Shown one piece after another: positions 46,011 through 53,895 of a stretch of 61,298 nucleotides of DNA (positions are counted from its first letter, which is position 1; each line of letters begins with the position of its first letter). Origin of the DNA: a virus (lineage: Duplodnaviria > Caudoviricetes); the IMG/VR virus record IMGVR_UViG_3300047408_000236, positions 1 through 61,298 of that record. One strand, 5' to 3'. The position numbers were made by a program, and so were the translations under genes. A model generated the notes under the pieces. That model worked only from the letters and a program-made list of their open reading frames with translations. It had not been told where the DNA came from and did no database searches.

Positions 46011-47550
46011 GACGGACCTCCCTCGGGTCAGTGGTTATTTTCTGATGCTCTTCCTTTGACGCCTGAATGTCAACTGGTACGACCATGCCGCTCACGTCCA
46101 GTAGTGCCTGGCCGCGAGCTGCGCTGCGCAGGAACCGGCGCGCCTCATCGCTCAGTCGGACCTTCTCGGCCAGCAAGTCGCCGTCTGGCCCGTTTTGCTT
46201 CAGATACACCTTGATGGCCGAGTTGTTCAGGACAGCGAGCCCCTGGTCGCTCGTCAACAATTCCTGTACCTGCTGCGATGCTATCCAGAGACTCAGATAG
46301 TGGTGGCGTCCGATGCGCGCTATTTCCTCGATGAGACTGGCCAGGGCTGGATCACGCAGGAGTGACCACAGCTCGTCAAGAATAAGAAGTCGTGGCCGAG
46401 GATCACGCTTTGCCGTGTCCCACAACTCGGACACAAACGCTCGCAAGCGGTCTGCACGTTCGCTATAGGGTACGTCTGCCAGGTTGAAGGTTTGGGCGTG
46501 GGCGACACCGGCGTATTCCGCGGGACTTCGTTGCTCAACAATCAGCACCTCTACATCTTTGAGCCGGCCAGCCAGTAGCTTGAGAAAGTAACTCTTCCCG
46601 GCGCCGACCTTGGCCAGCACAATGCCGCCGAAGCTTTCTAGACTCGGGTCGAACGGATCGAGCCGGACCTCCATTGAGCCAGTATGCGTCGTACCCAGCG
46701 GCGCGCCATTCGTGTGGCGCACCGTGGCTGGTTGGAACGGCCATGTTGACGCAACCGAAGTACAGTCGAGCGTGTGCCATGCACCGAGCAGACGACATAC
46801 GCCTGTGGCGCTAGTAGCCTCAAGGCCACGATCGTGCTCCCATGTGGCGGGCCGGACATCCCCGAGTGCTAGCCCGATCTCGTGTTGCAACGTCGCTACT
46901 CGGCTCATCAGTAGCGTGCGCTCGTGAGCTCGTACGGTGAACGCAATCGCCACTTTTACTGGCCGATCCTTGTGCGCGATCAGGTCTTCGCGGACCCGGC
47001 GCGAGTCGCGTGTGGTGAGCATGTCGCCCGCATCATTCGAGTCCTGATGCCGTTTCTGTTGGAGTTTGAGCTTACGCGCGATCCAGGCCGAGTCTTGCGC
47101 CTCGATGTGAATGCCGACGTCAACCGGTAAGTCACCGGCGAGCGCATTGCCGAGCCAGCCTGGCGCTACCTCCCGCGGCCAGCGGCGCAGGACGAGTGAC
47201 GCGCAGTAGTCATCGCCCGCAAATACACAGTCGGACCAGGTGAGTGTTGCTGGTTCGATATCCGCGGTGGCGATATAGCATCGAAGCCCTACCCCTTCGA
47301 GTGTGCGCGCGAGTGTACGGGTGCGCCACCCACTCTCGTCATCATCAAGGACTGCCAGCCAACGACGCTCAAGCTGTGGTGGCTGAGGCCACGTCGGATG
47401 TGTCTCGATGGTCCTTGCCTGTCCGATGAGCTGGATCGGATGGCTCAGGCCCATGAGTGCGCGTGCGAACGCTTCCATTTGATCGGACCTGGCGCTCTGC
47501 GACTCGAGCGCGTAGTTTGTCGTTGGTTGCAACGCGAGTACGCTGCGCAT
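45889..47550 (-). CDS. VirB4/TraE-like ATPase
   Basis: Walker A AKVGAGKSY, Walker B LLILDELW, ARIGRHH.LSLWIASQ, NNS.IKVYLKQ, G.ALL. Confidence 0.8.
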   Translation of the reverse strand: MRSVLALQPTTNYALESQSARSDQMEAFARALMGLSHPIQLIGQARTIETHPTWPQPPQLERRWLAVLDDDESGWRTRTLARTLEGVGLRCYIATADIEPATLTWSDCVFAGDDYCASLVLRRWPREVAPGWLGNALAGDLPVDVGIHIEAQDSAWIARKLKLQQKRHQDSNDAGDMLTTRDSRRVREDLIAHKDRPVKVAIAFTVRAHERTLLMSRVATLQHEIGLALGDVRPATWEHDRGLEATSATGVCRLLGAWHTLDCTSVASTWPFQPATVRHTNGAPLGTTHTGSMEVRLDPFDPSLESFGGIVLAKVGAGKSYFLKLLAGRLKDVEVLIVEQRSPAEYAGVAHAQTFNLADVPYSERADRLRAFVSELWDTAKRDPRPRLLILDELWSLLRDPALASLIEEIARIGRHHYLSLWIASQQVQELLTSDQGLAVLNNSAIKVYLKQNGPDGDLLAEKVRLSDEARRFLRSAARGQALLDVSGMVVPVDIQASKEEHQKITTDPREVRHGVGNATSEDRASGWSGSVPGMVGGRVRGSGDAAVANAHQ

Positions 47551-47991
47551 TCAGGGCTTGCTCCAGAAGTGCCGAAGCCTGCTGCTCCAGTGAACGCCAC
47601 TCGCGCGCGGCAATCTCGGACAACGTGTCAGTGTCCGTACCATCACGGACCGTAACCTTGAGTTCTGCCATTGCTCCCGCCATCGTGGCCAGATGACCAC
47701 GTGAAAGTAGTGCCCAGCGGCTGCTAGCCACTCGTGTATGCGGCGCATGCCGAGCTTGCTGCGTAACCCGCTAGCGATCGCACCAACGCCTGACACGTCG
47801 CACGCCGGCTCACCGGTCAGGGTCCACGCGCCAACGCATAGCACGATGGGTACGGCCCACCACCACGAGTAACCGTTGTTGATCAGGTACCAGATGCTCG
47901 CTACCCCGAGCGCGAGCATCACGAAGTCCCAGAACGGGGTACGCCGGTCCAGTTCGGTCGGAACAATGATGACTGGTGAGCGTTCGTCCAC
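47551..47991 (-). CDS. PrgI/VirB3-like membrane protein
   Basis: VP.ELD followed by two TM helices; directly upstream of the VirB4-like gene. Confidence 0.5.
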   Translation of the reverse strand: MDERSPVIIVPTELDRRTPFWDFVMLALGVASIWYLINNGYSWWWAVPIVLCVGAWTLTGEPACDVSGVGAIASGLRSKLGMRRIHEWLAAAGHYFHVVIWPRWREQWQNSRLRSVMVRTLTRCPRLPRASGVHWSSRLRHFWSKP

Positions 47992-48216
47992 TCAGGCGTG
48001 TGGTGCCGCGCCGGTGACCAGTGCAGCGATAGTCTGCGCGCCGAGCACGATCGCGGCGCCAATCAAGCCGCCAGTGATCCAGTCTTTCGCTGCTTTCTTA
48101 TCGCCGATGAGCCACTGGTAGCCACCAACAGAGATGGCTAGTAGCAGGACGGCGGGCAGGATGAACTGCTGCGCGCTCGTCAATGCTGTTCGGATAGTTG
48201 CGCCGACTGTTTCCAC
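47992..48216 (-). CDS. TrbC/VirB2 pilin-like protein
   Basis: 74 aa, two hydrophobic helices, GGYQWLIGD..AAK.WI...LIG.AIVLGA pattern. Confidence 0.65.
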   Translation of the reverse strand: METVGATIRTALTSAQQFILPAVLLLAISVGGYQWLIGDKKAAKDWITGGLIGAAIVLGAQTIAALVTGAAPHA

Positions 48217-48227
48217 TCTTCCCTCGT

Positions 48228-48329
48228 TTACTTGAGGAACGTGGCATGGGCAATCACGAGGATGCTCATGCCACAGGCGATGATCATGGAAAGCGCTAGT
48301 GTCCAGCCGATGAAGTACCTCCTAGCCAT
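48228..48329 (-). CDS. 33-aa membrane peptide
   Basis: MARRYFIGWTLALSMIIACGMSILVIAHATFLK fills the gap within the operon. Confidence 0.45.
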   Translation of the reverse strand: MARRYFIGWTLALSMIIACGMSILVIAHATFLK

Positions 48330-48864
48330 GACGGACCCGGCCGAACCCGACGAGGTGTGCGCGCCAGAACGGGTCCGTATAGGACTGGCGGCCAACAACA
48401 GGCTCAATCGCGCTGACCATCCAACCCGGCGCGACGACTATCCCCACATGGGTTATTCGATCGGGGGAGCTGTAGGTTCGCTGGAAGAAGACCAGGTCGC
48501 CAACGTCGGGGGTAGTGACGAGCGGTACGTCGTTGTACTGAGTTTGTGCGGTACGCGGCAGTGAGTAGCCGAGTGTGCGGAACACCGCTACCGTGAGGCC
48601 CGAGCAGTCGATGCCGCGTCGGTCATTGCCACCGAAAACGTAGGGCACGCCCATGTATGGCTGAATAGCGGCCATAAGTGCTGATGTGTCGCTGAGTAGC
48701 GGTCCTGCTGGTGCGACTTGCGCGGGTGCGGGCACGGTGCCCGCTGGCTGCAGGTTCGAGCCGGCGAACCAAAACGTCGACCAGGCTTGTGAATGCAAGC
48801 CGACTGCTGGTGCGAGGATGAACATGGCGAACACGGCGAGGCCGACACCGATCCAGCGCATCAT
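48322..48864 (-). CDS. NlpC/P60 (C40) peptidoglycan peptidase with signal/TM segment
   Basis: GVPYVFGG, GIDCSGL, LPRTA..Q, GDLVFF, HVGI. Confidence 0.92.
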   Translation of the reverse strand: MMRWIGVGLAVFAMFILAPAVGLHSQAWSTFWFAGSNLQPAGTVPAPAQVAPAGPLLSDTSALMAAIQPYMGVPYVFGGNDRRGIDCSGLTVAVFRTLGYSLPRTAQTQYNDVPLVTTPDVGDLVFFQRTYSSPDRITHVGIVVAPGWMVSAIEPVVGRQSYTDPFWRAHLVGFGRVRHG

Positions 48865-49802
48865 GCGCGAAACAACAATCTCCGCAGGATCAGGAACTTG
48901 CCAATACCGCCACCACCTCCACCGCTGTGGTGGCTCGCACCGAACATGCTCGGCATCTTGCGCGCCAGCAGCAGCACCGCGATGCCGAGCACGGTGCCCA
49001 CAAAGCCTGTGCCAATCCCACCGAGCACCGGCGCCAGCCGAAGACAGATAACGATCGCGATCTGGCTGAACAGCGTGCCCGCAGCCAGCGAGGTGTAGCG
49101 GCTCGCCCACGAGTCGGTCTGCTCGAGCGACTTGGTCACGAGCGCGAGTGGGCCGACGATGATCAAAATGTCAATCAGCGCAAGCCTGAATACCACGGAG
49201 AACACCAGCATCAAGGCCACGACCGCATAGACGATCACGAGCACCGACGGCCCGAAGGCTTCGACGGGATTGCTCGTGAGTGTGGGTACTGTCATGTGTG
49301 GTCGGACGATGCTGGCCAGGGACGGCGCGGCAATGGCGGCACAGATGCCGTTGTTCAGGCTGATGCCGATCTCCCACCACATCAGGTTGAGCCCACTCAC
49401 GACCGCGCCATAGGCAAGGCGGCCGTAGGAGGCGCCCTGATGGAGCATGTGGCCGAACGCCGCGGCAACGACGAACAGGACGACCAATGACATTGCTACA
49501 GCAGTAGCGGTCGTGGCTAACGACCGGACGGTGTCATTACGGAACGTCCACTCGGGTGGGGTGGTCGTGAAAATGTCGGCCATGTTGATGGCATCGTTGG
49601 CCCACTGCACGAGCGTGGGTGCGACGAGCTGCACAACGATGGCATTCGAGCTCTCTACAGATGCATCGGCTATGGCTTCAGGGTCTGGCGGTGGCGCCTC
49701 GACGGTCACATGGTTCTGAATGACCTGGATTGGCTGAGGCTGCGGTTGTGGCAGGGGCGGGCCGATCTGCAGGAAGAGGACGGCGAGTATCGCCAGTATC
49801 AC
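48861..49802 (-). CDS. VirB6/TrbL-like polytopic membrane protein
   Basis: Multiple TM helices; R...I.ILII.GPLA......T.SW pattern; Gly-rich C-terminus; first gene of the operon. Confidence 0.65.
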   Translation of the reverse strand: MILAILAVLFLQIGPPLPQPQPQPIQVIQNHVTVEAPPPDPEAIADASVESSNAIVVQLVAPTLVQWANDAINMADIFTTTPPEWTFRNDTVRSLATTATAVAMSLVVLFVVAAAFGHMLHQGASYGRLAYGAVVSGLNLMWWEIGISLNNGICAAIAAPSLASIVRPHMTVPTLTSNPVEAFGPSVLVIVYAVVALMLVFSVVFRLALIDILIIVGPLALVTKSLEQTDSWASRYTSLAAGTLFSQIAIVICLRLAPVLGGIGTGFVGTVLGIAVLLLARKMPSMFGASHHSGGGGGGIGKFLILRRLLFRA

Positions 49803-49891
49803 GCGACTCTAGACATTCCCTTGTCTCTTACCTTACACTGGCTGGACAAGGACTGACAAGAGAGGGCTCCTGTATCGTTTACGTACAGGGA

Positions 49892-50092
49892 ATGCGACTG
49901 ACGCGTCTAAAGGACCGGCGCGAGCGGGCCCTGCTGACTCAACATGAGTTGGCTGAACGCGCCGGTGTCAGTCGCGCCACGATCGCGGCAATCGAGGCTC
50001 AGAAGGCCGAGCCGCAGTTTTCCACAATCCGCAAACTTGCGGAGGCACTGAAGTGCGAACCAGCCGACCTGATGGAACCCGAACAGACCTAA
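49892..50092 (+). CDS. XRE-family HTH transcriptional regulator
   Basis: LTQ.ELAERAGVSR.TI..IE...P...TIRKLAEAL; divergent from the T4SS-like operon; stop codon lies in site A. Confidence 0.9.
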   Translation: MRLTRLKDRRERALLTQHELAERAGVSRATIAAIEAQKAEPQFSTIRKLAEALKCEPADLMEPEQT

Positions 50093-50111
50093 TGGTGCTT
50101 AGATCTAGCAA
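50080..50111. repeat. Palindromic recombination-like site A
   Basis: CGAACAGACCTAA-TGGTGC-TTAGATCTAGCAA. Confidence 0.75.
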
Positions 50112-50346
50112 GCCCTGCGAGCACAGCGATCGAGTTCGGCCTGTCGTCTGGCAACTCATCGGACTCGAAGAAGTGCCGCAGACCGTCGTCTGCGAGCAGT
50201 GCATGCGGCCAGTCAATGCTCAGGCCGTCGGTCACACGGCCTATCACGAAGCAGACGATGGCTGGTATGTGCCGATTCAGCCCCAAGGTCCTGACGACCA
50301 CGAAGAACGCTGCTACCTCGCTGGCTATGGCGAAGACGACCAATGA
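50092..50346 (+). CDS. Hypothetical protein (cassette 1)
   Basis: Starts inside site A (TAATG); CxxC. Confidence 0.55.
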   Translation: MVLRSSKPCEHSDRVRPVVWQLIGLEEVPQTVVCEQCMRPVNAQAVGHTAYHEADDGWYVPIQPQGPDDHEERCYLAGYGEDDQ

Positions 50347-50362
50347 CCCACTTCTGCGGAGC

Positions 50363-50725
50363 ATGACTGACAAAGGAACCACCGACCAGATTGCACAGCG
50401 GTACATCGAAGTCTGCGCCGAGCGCGACGCCCTGCGCGCCAAGGTTGAGCGGCACGAGCGACGATTTCGAGAGGCTGAGGCTGAGTGGGTCGAACGGTTC
50501 GAGCGCCTGGAGGCCGAGAACGAGCGGCTGAAGAAGGCATACGACGTTGAAGTGCGAGCCGAGAAGCGCGAGCGTGATGCCCTTACCGCAGAGGTAGAGC
50601 AGCTACACCAGGAACTGGCCGATGCCCACTCAGCACATGCGACCGTGGCTGACCTCTTGCGCGAAGCCAACAAGCCGCAGCCAGACGCTCTGGACAGCCA
50701 CGAGATGGAGACGATGCCGTTTTGA
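50363..50725 (+). CDS. Coiled-coil hypothetical protein (cassette 1)
   Basis: GGAG RBS; heptad repeats. Confidence 0.6.
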   Translation: MTDKGTTDQIAQRYIEVCAERDALRAKVERHERRFREAEAEWVERFERLEAENERLKKAYDVEVRAEKRERDALTAEVEQLHQELADAHSAHATVADLLREANKPQPDALDSHEMETMPF

Positions 50726-50892
50726 CCGCCGAGCAGTTTGAGCGAGTCGCACAGCTGGTCGTGGAGATCGCGAGCGATGATCCATCCGGCGATGACCTCG
50801 TGACCCTCTGCCTTGCGGCTATGTACATGCTGCCTGAGAGCGTCCGCAGTCGCGAGAGTCGCGAGCGCCTTGGCAGACCTAATTGTTGTTAG
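50722..50892 (+). CDS. Small hypothetical protein (cassette 1)
   Basis: TTGA overlap; TAG stop lies in site B. Confidence 0.45.
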   Translation: MTAEQFERVAQLVVEIASDDPSGDDLVTLCLAAMYMLPESVRSRESRERLGRPNCC

Positions 50893-50901
50893 AGGTGACC
50901 A
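50870..50901. repeat. Palindromic recombination-like site B
   Basis: TTGGCAGACCTAA-TTGTTG-TTAGAGGTGACCA. Confidence 0.75.
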
Positions 50902-51101
50902 AAATCGAACCGACTGAAGCCCACATCGACATCGAGGGCGTGCGGCTTAGTGAAGGCCAGTCAATGGCCGTGCGCGTGGCAATCGAGATGTATATGTTCG
51001 ATCTTGAGCGAGAACTGGCGAAGGGCATGGGGCAGGTCGGGCAGAACTACTTGGCCCGGTTGCGCGAGGTGCGACGGCTGATATCGGAGGGAGCCATTTG
51101 A
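50883..51101 (+). CDS. Hypothetical protein (cassette 2)
   Basis: Starts within site B (TTG 50883 or GTG 50895); stops 2 bp before site C. Confidence 0.6.
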   Translation: MLLEVTKIEPTEAHIDIEGVRLSEGQSMAVRVAIEMYMFDLERELAKGMGQVGQNYLARLREVRRLISEGAI

Positions 51102-51103
51102 TT

Positions 51104-51136
51104 TTGTCAGAGGCTAGTTGTTGTTGGATCTGGCAA
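51104..51136. repeat. Palindromic recombination-like site C
   Basis: TTGTCAGAGGCTAG-TTGTTG-TTGGATCTGGCAA (left arm has one extra base). Confidence 0.7.
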
Positions 51137-51166
51137 GCGTGGCATGTTTAAATTCCGTCAAGCCGC

Positions 51167-51799
51167 GTGCGCCCCTACTACGAGCAGGACGGAATCACGA
51201 TCTATCACGGCGACTGCCGCGAACTCGTGCCTAGCCTGGCGTTTGACGTAGTGATTACTGACCCGCCATACGGTAGCGCTGTTGCTTATGACATATATCC
51301 GGATACCCCCGCTAACTGGCAGTCGATCATGGCCTGGCTGCTCGCCTTGCCGCAGCCGATGGCATTCACGCTGAGCCACAGTCGGCTCTTTGATCTGGGT
51401 CGCAGACCCCAATGGGTTGGCTGCTGGGACAAAGTCAACACGGGCGGCATTGTTCATATCGGTGCCAGCCCTTCGTGGGAGCCGATCTGCTTCTACAACC
51501 TGCCTCGTGGTGATTCTGGCATCGCTAGATGGAATGACGTGTTCCGATATGCTGCCACTGGCTTCGCCAATGAGGTGCAAATCGGTCGCCCTCATCCGTG
51601 TACTAAGCCTGTACTCCTTTACCAGCGACTGATAGCAGTAATGCCCTCGGGCATCGTCCTCGATCCGATGATGGGCAGCGGCACCACGCTACGAGCAGCT
51701 AAGAACCTCGGGCACCGTGCGATCGGCATCGACGTGTCTGAGCGCTACTGCGATCTGGCTGCCCGGCGTCTCGCGCAAGGCGTCCTGTTCGCGACTTGA
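51167..51799 (+). CDS. N6A/N4C DNA methyltransferase (cassette 3)
   Basis: IYHGDC, TDPPYG, HP..KP, DPMMGSGTT, AIGID; stop codon lies in site D. Confidence 0.9.
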   Translation: MRPYYEQDGITIYHGDCRELVPSLAFDVVITDPPYGSAVAYDIYPDTPANWQSIMAWLLALPQPMAFTLSHSRLFDLGRRPQWVGCWDKVNTGGIVHIGASPSWEPICFYNLPRGDSGIARWNDVFRYAATGFANEVQIGRPHPCTKPVLLYQRLIAVMPSGIVLDPMMGSGTTLRAAKNLGHRAIGIDVSERYCDLAARRLAQGVLFAT

Positions 51800-51827
51800 T
51801 AGACCTAAAGATGGTTAGGGTTGATAT
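51796..51827. repeat. Palindromic recombination-like site D
   Basis: TTGATAGACCTAA-AGATGG-TTAGGGTTGATAT. Confidence 0.75.
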
Positions 51828-51912
51828 GCCACCACTGGATGCAGTGCTGCTGATGCTGGGCGCTCTGGCCGTCGGCTGGGTACTCGGGTGGCTGTCGTCA
51901 AAATTGGTCTGA
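51826..51912 (+). CDS. 28-aa membrane peptide (cassette 4)
   Basis: MPPLDAVLLMLGALAVGWVLGWLSSKLV fills the D-E interval. Confidence 0.5.
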   Translation: MPPLDAVLLMLGALAVGWVLGWLSSKLV

Positions 51913-51919
51913 CTGAGGC

Positions 51920-51951
51920 TTGTCAGATCTATGTGCCGTTATGTCGGATGA
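51920..51951. repeat. Palindromic recombination-like site E
   Basis: TTGTCAGATCTAT-GTGCCG-TTATGTCGGATGA. Confidence 0.7.
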
Positions 51952-52180
51952 GCCGTGGTGTGACAACGAGTGCCCAGCGCAGGCTCAGTTCGTCTGGTTT
52001 GGCCGCTACCTCTGCGAGCCGTGCGCCCACCGCGAGCACGCGCGCGGCGCCTTTCGCATGTGTCCCTGGCATGGGCGCTACTGCTCAGTCTGGCGTGGCG
52101 AGCACCGAGAAACTGACCACGAGCGCAGGAGCAAACCCCCCGAGGCAACGGCCCAGCCGCCGCTGTTTTGTCAGATCTAA
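51941..52180 (+). CDS. Cys/His-rich small protein (cassette 5)
   Basis: ATG lies in site E, TAA lies in site F. Confidence 0.55.
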   Translation: MSDEPWCDNECPAQAQFVWFGRYLCEPCAHREHARGAFRMCPWHGRYCSVWRGEHRETDHERRSKPPEATAQPPLFCQI

Positions 52181-52199
52181 CTGTCCTAAGTTCTGACAA
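52168..52199. repeat. Palindromic recombination-like site F (most symmetric; candidate primary/att site)
   Basis: TTGTCAGATCTAA-CTGTCC-TAAGTTCTGACAA (11/13 arm symmetry); 3 bp from the recombinase stop codon. Confidence 0.8.
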
Positions 52200-52202
52200 G
52201 AT

Positions 52203-53129
52203 TTAGAGGTTCCAGCGAGCCGACAGTGATGCGGTGTCGGCGATCTCGTTGACCGTGCGGTCACTCAGCGTAATGTAATCGCTTAAAACGTCCCGACTCA
52301 TCTGGCCGAGTCTCGAGCGGAGCTGGATCTCGGCGCCCGGTCGCTGCGCCAGGAACTCCGTCGCAGCAGAATGCCGCGTCCGATGCGGGTGAGCGTTCGG
52401 TACGCGAGCAGCCGTGCCCATCTCCGTGAAAATCTCGCGAACCCGGCGTGGCGAGAGCGGTAAGCGCTCACGTGTGGTGAATAGCGCATCGATGCCGGCG
52501 CGCGCCTCGCGCACCTTCAGCCAGTTTCGAAGCGCCGACAGGCTTGGGCCGCCATCACGCCGAGCCTGGACGCGAAAAATCACTTTGCGCGGATGGCCGT
52601 TCTTCGTGCGGCGAAACAGGATCGAGCCCTCGACCAGGTCGACGTCGGCGACGCTTGCGCTACAGAGCTCGCCCACGCGACAGCCGGTATCGAACAGCAT
52701 CAACAGCACCGCTCGATCGCGAATCGGATTGGCGCCACATGCCGCCGCTTGTACCAACCGGCGCGCTTCGTCTTCGGTGAACGGCTTGCGATGAATCTTC
52801 TGGACGCGTGGCACCTTGAGCCGAGCCAGCGGATCGAACGGGTAGACGTCGTTTTCCCACAGGAACCGCGCCCAGGTCTTGAGCGTGGTCACTCCCTGCT
52901 TTTCGGTGACCAGCCCACCACGGCGACCGTGGGACCGGCCGCGGAGCCAGGCCTGCCACTCGCGCACGAACTGCGGGTTGAGTGCGTCGAGCGTGGGCTC
53001 GACCTCGTGCTCGACCAGGAACGCCAGGAAACTGTCCTGGTAAATGCGGTACAGGCGCAGCGTCATCGGGCTGCGGTTCAATCGCTCCAAGCTACGCCGG
53101 TGAAACTCAGCGGCTTCGATGAGGTCCAC
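52203..53129 (-). CDS. Tyrosine recombinase/integrase (XerC/D-like, no arm-binding domain)
   Basis: RDRA.L..L.DTG.R.GEL, TKNG, HPH.TRH..AT, LGQ, D-Y; GTG start with GGAGGG RBS. Confidence 0.92.
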   Translation of the reverse strand: MDLIEAAEFHRRSLERLNRSPMTLRLYRIYQDSFLAFLVEHEVEPTLDALNPQFVREWQAWLRGRSHGRRGGLVTEKQGVTTLKTWARFLWENDVYPFDPLARLKVPRVQKIHRKPFTEDEARRLVQAAACGANPIRDRAVLLMLFDTGCRVGELCSASVADVDLVEGSILFRRTKNGHPRKVIFRVQARRDGGPSLSALRNWLKVREARAGIDALFTTRERLPLSPRRVREIFTEMGTAARVPNAHPHRTRHSAATEFLAQRPGAEIQLRSRLGQMSRDVLSDYITLSDRTVNEIADTASLSARWNL

Positions 53130-53261
53130 AGGAAGCCCTCCAGCACCCCTTTTGATCCCGCGTAATGTAGAACGCAAGTTCTAGGCTTTCAAGGGGCTGG
53201 GGTTGGTTAGACGGTGAACTGGTGCGATAACAACGGTTGGGCGGCCGGGCACGGGCGGCAG

Positions 53262-53795
53262 TTAGAGCGCGGCGGCGGCAGTTACGTTGAAACGGTGGCC
53301 ACCCAACGGCCGGCCAATCGGGAATTGACGTGGCCTTAACGTGCTACCCGAGTCGCCCCGCTTGGGGCGCGTACGAGTCTTTCGGCCACTAACGGCGGCA
53401 TTAACGGCGGCCTGGGCACCCTCATTAACGGCGGTCCCCACCTGGTGGATCAGGTCGACCACCGAATCGCCCTGGGCCTTTAATGCTTCCCAGAAGTAAT
53501 CTTCGTGTTCCGGCCCAACGGCCGCTAGCCAACGGTCGAGCTGATCGCGCACGAGCTGGCGGCGGGCGTCGATCTGCTCGTGGGAATCGCCCTTGCCGAT
53601 CACGCCGGCCAGTCCGGCCGGGGTCATATCAAAGGCAGCGGCGATATTCTCGAAGGTTTCCATCTCGACGTTGTCATCGCCGTTGATGATGGCGTACGCC
53701 TTGGATGCGCTGATGTTGGAACGTCTGGCGATCTCTCGGACAGACCAACCGCGACGCAGCCGCTCGGCCTCGAAAAAGTGTTGAAGCGCGGCCAC
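53262..53795 (-). CDS. Immunity repressor (XRE HTH)
   Basis: RGWSVREIARRSNIS.S....I.NG HTH; divergent from the Cro side; upstream of the recombinase. Confidence 0.8.
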   Translation of the reverse strand: MAALQHFFEAERLRRGWSVREIARRSNISASKAYAIINGDDNVEMETFENIAAAFDMTPAGLAGVIGKGDSHEQIDARRQLVRDQLDRWLAAVGPEHEDYFWEALKAQGDSVVDLIHQVGTAVNEGAQAAVNAAVSGRKTRTRPKRGDSGSTLRPRQFPIGRPLGGHRFNVTAAAAL

Positions 53796-53813
53796 GTTCC
53801 TATCCTACGCGCA

Positions 53814-53875
53814 TGTCCAGCATTCTGCAAGTATTGCCCACTAATCTAGGAACGGGTATTGCAGAATTCTGGACA
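53814..53875. promoter_or_regulatory. Pair of inverted 17-bp operators in the immunity switch
   Basis: TGTCCAGCATTCTGCAA (53814-30) and TTGCAGAATTCTGGACA (53859-75); the second overlaps TTGCAG-N18-TAGAGT. Confidence 0.7.
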
Positions 53876-53895
53876 GATGGTGTAGAGTAGAGGAC

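Noticed and set aside
49820-49860. CTTGTC...GACAAG...GACAAG in the divergent promoter region as another recombination site
   Set aside because: Spacing and inner bases do not fit 13-6-13; more likely operator half-sites for the XRE protein, but too weak to call.
50342-50373. Possible seventh site (CTGACAA near the start of gene 50363)
   Set aside because: Only the outer 7 bp of a right arm match; there is no left arm or CTAA-N6-TTAG core.
50080-52199. Repeat array as a CRISPR array or classical integron attC array
   Set aside because: Intervals are 124-790 bp and contain whole genes; no cas operon is present; the sites are only 32-33 bp without the long attC hairpin, despite GTTAG-like cores.
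53130-53261. tRNA gene or tRNA-derived attP core between recombinase and repressor
   Set aside because: I could not see a cloverleaf or T-arm consensus here, and noticed none elsewhere in the window.
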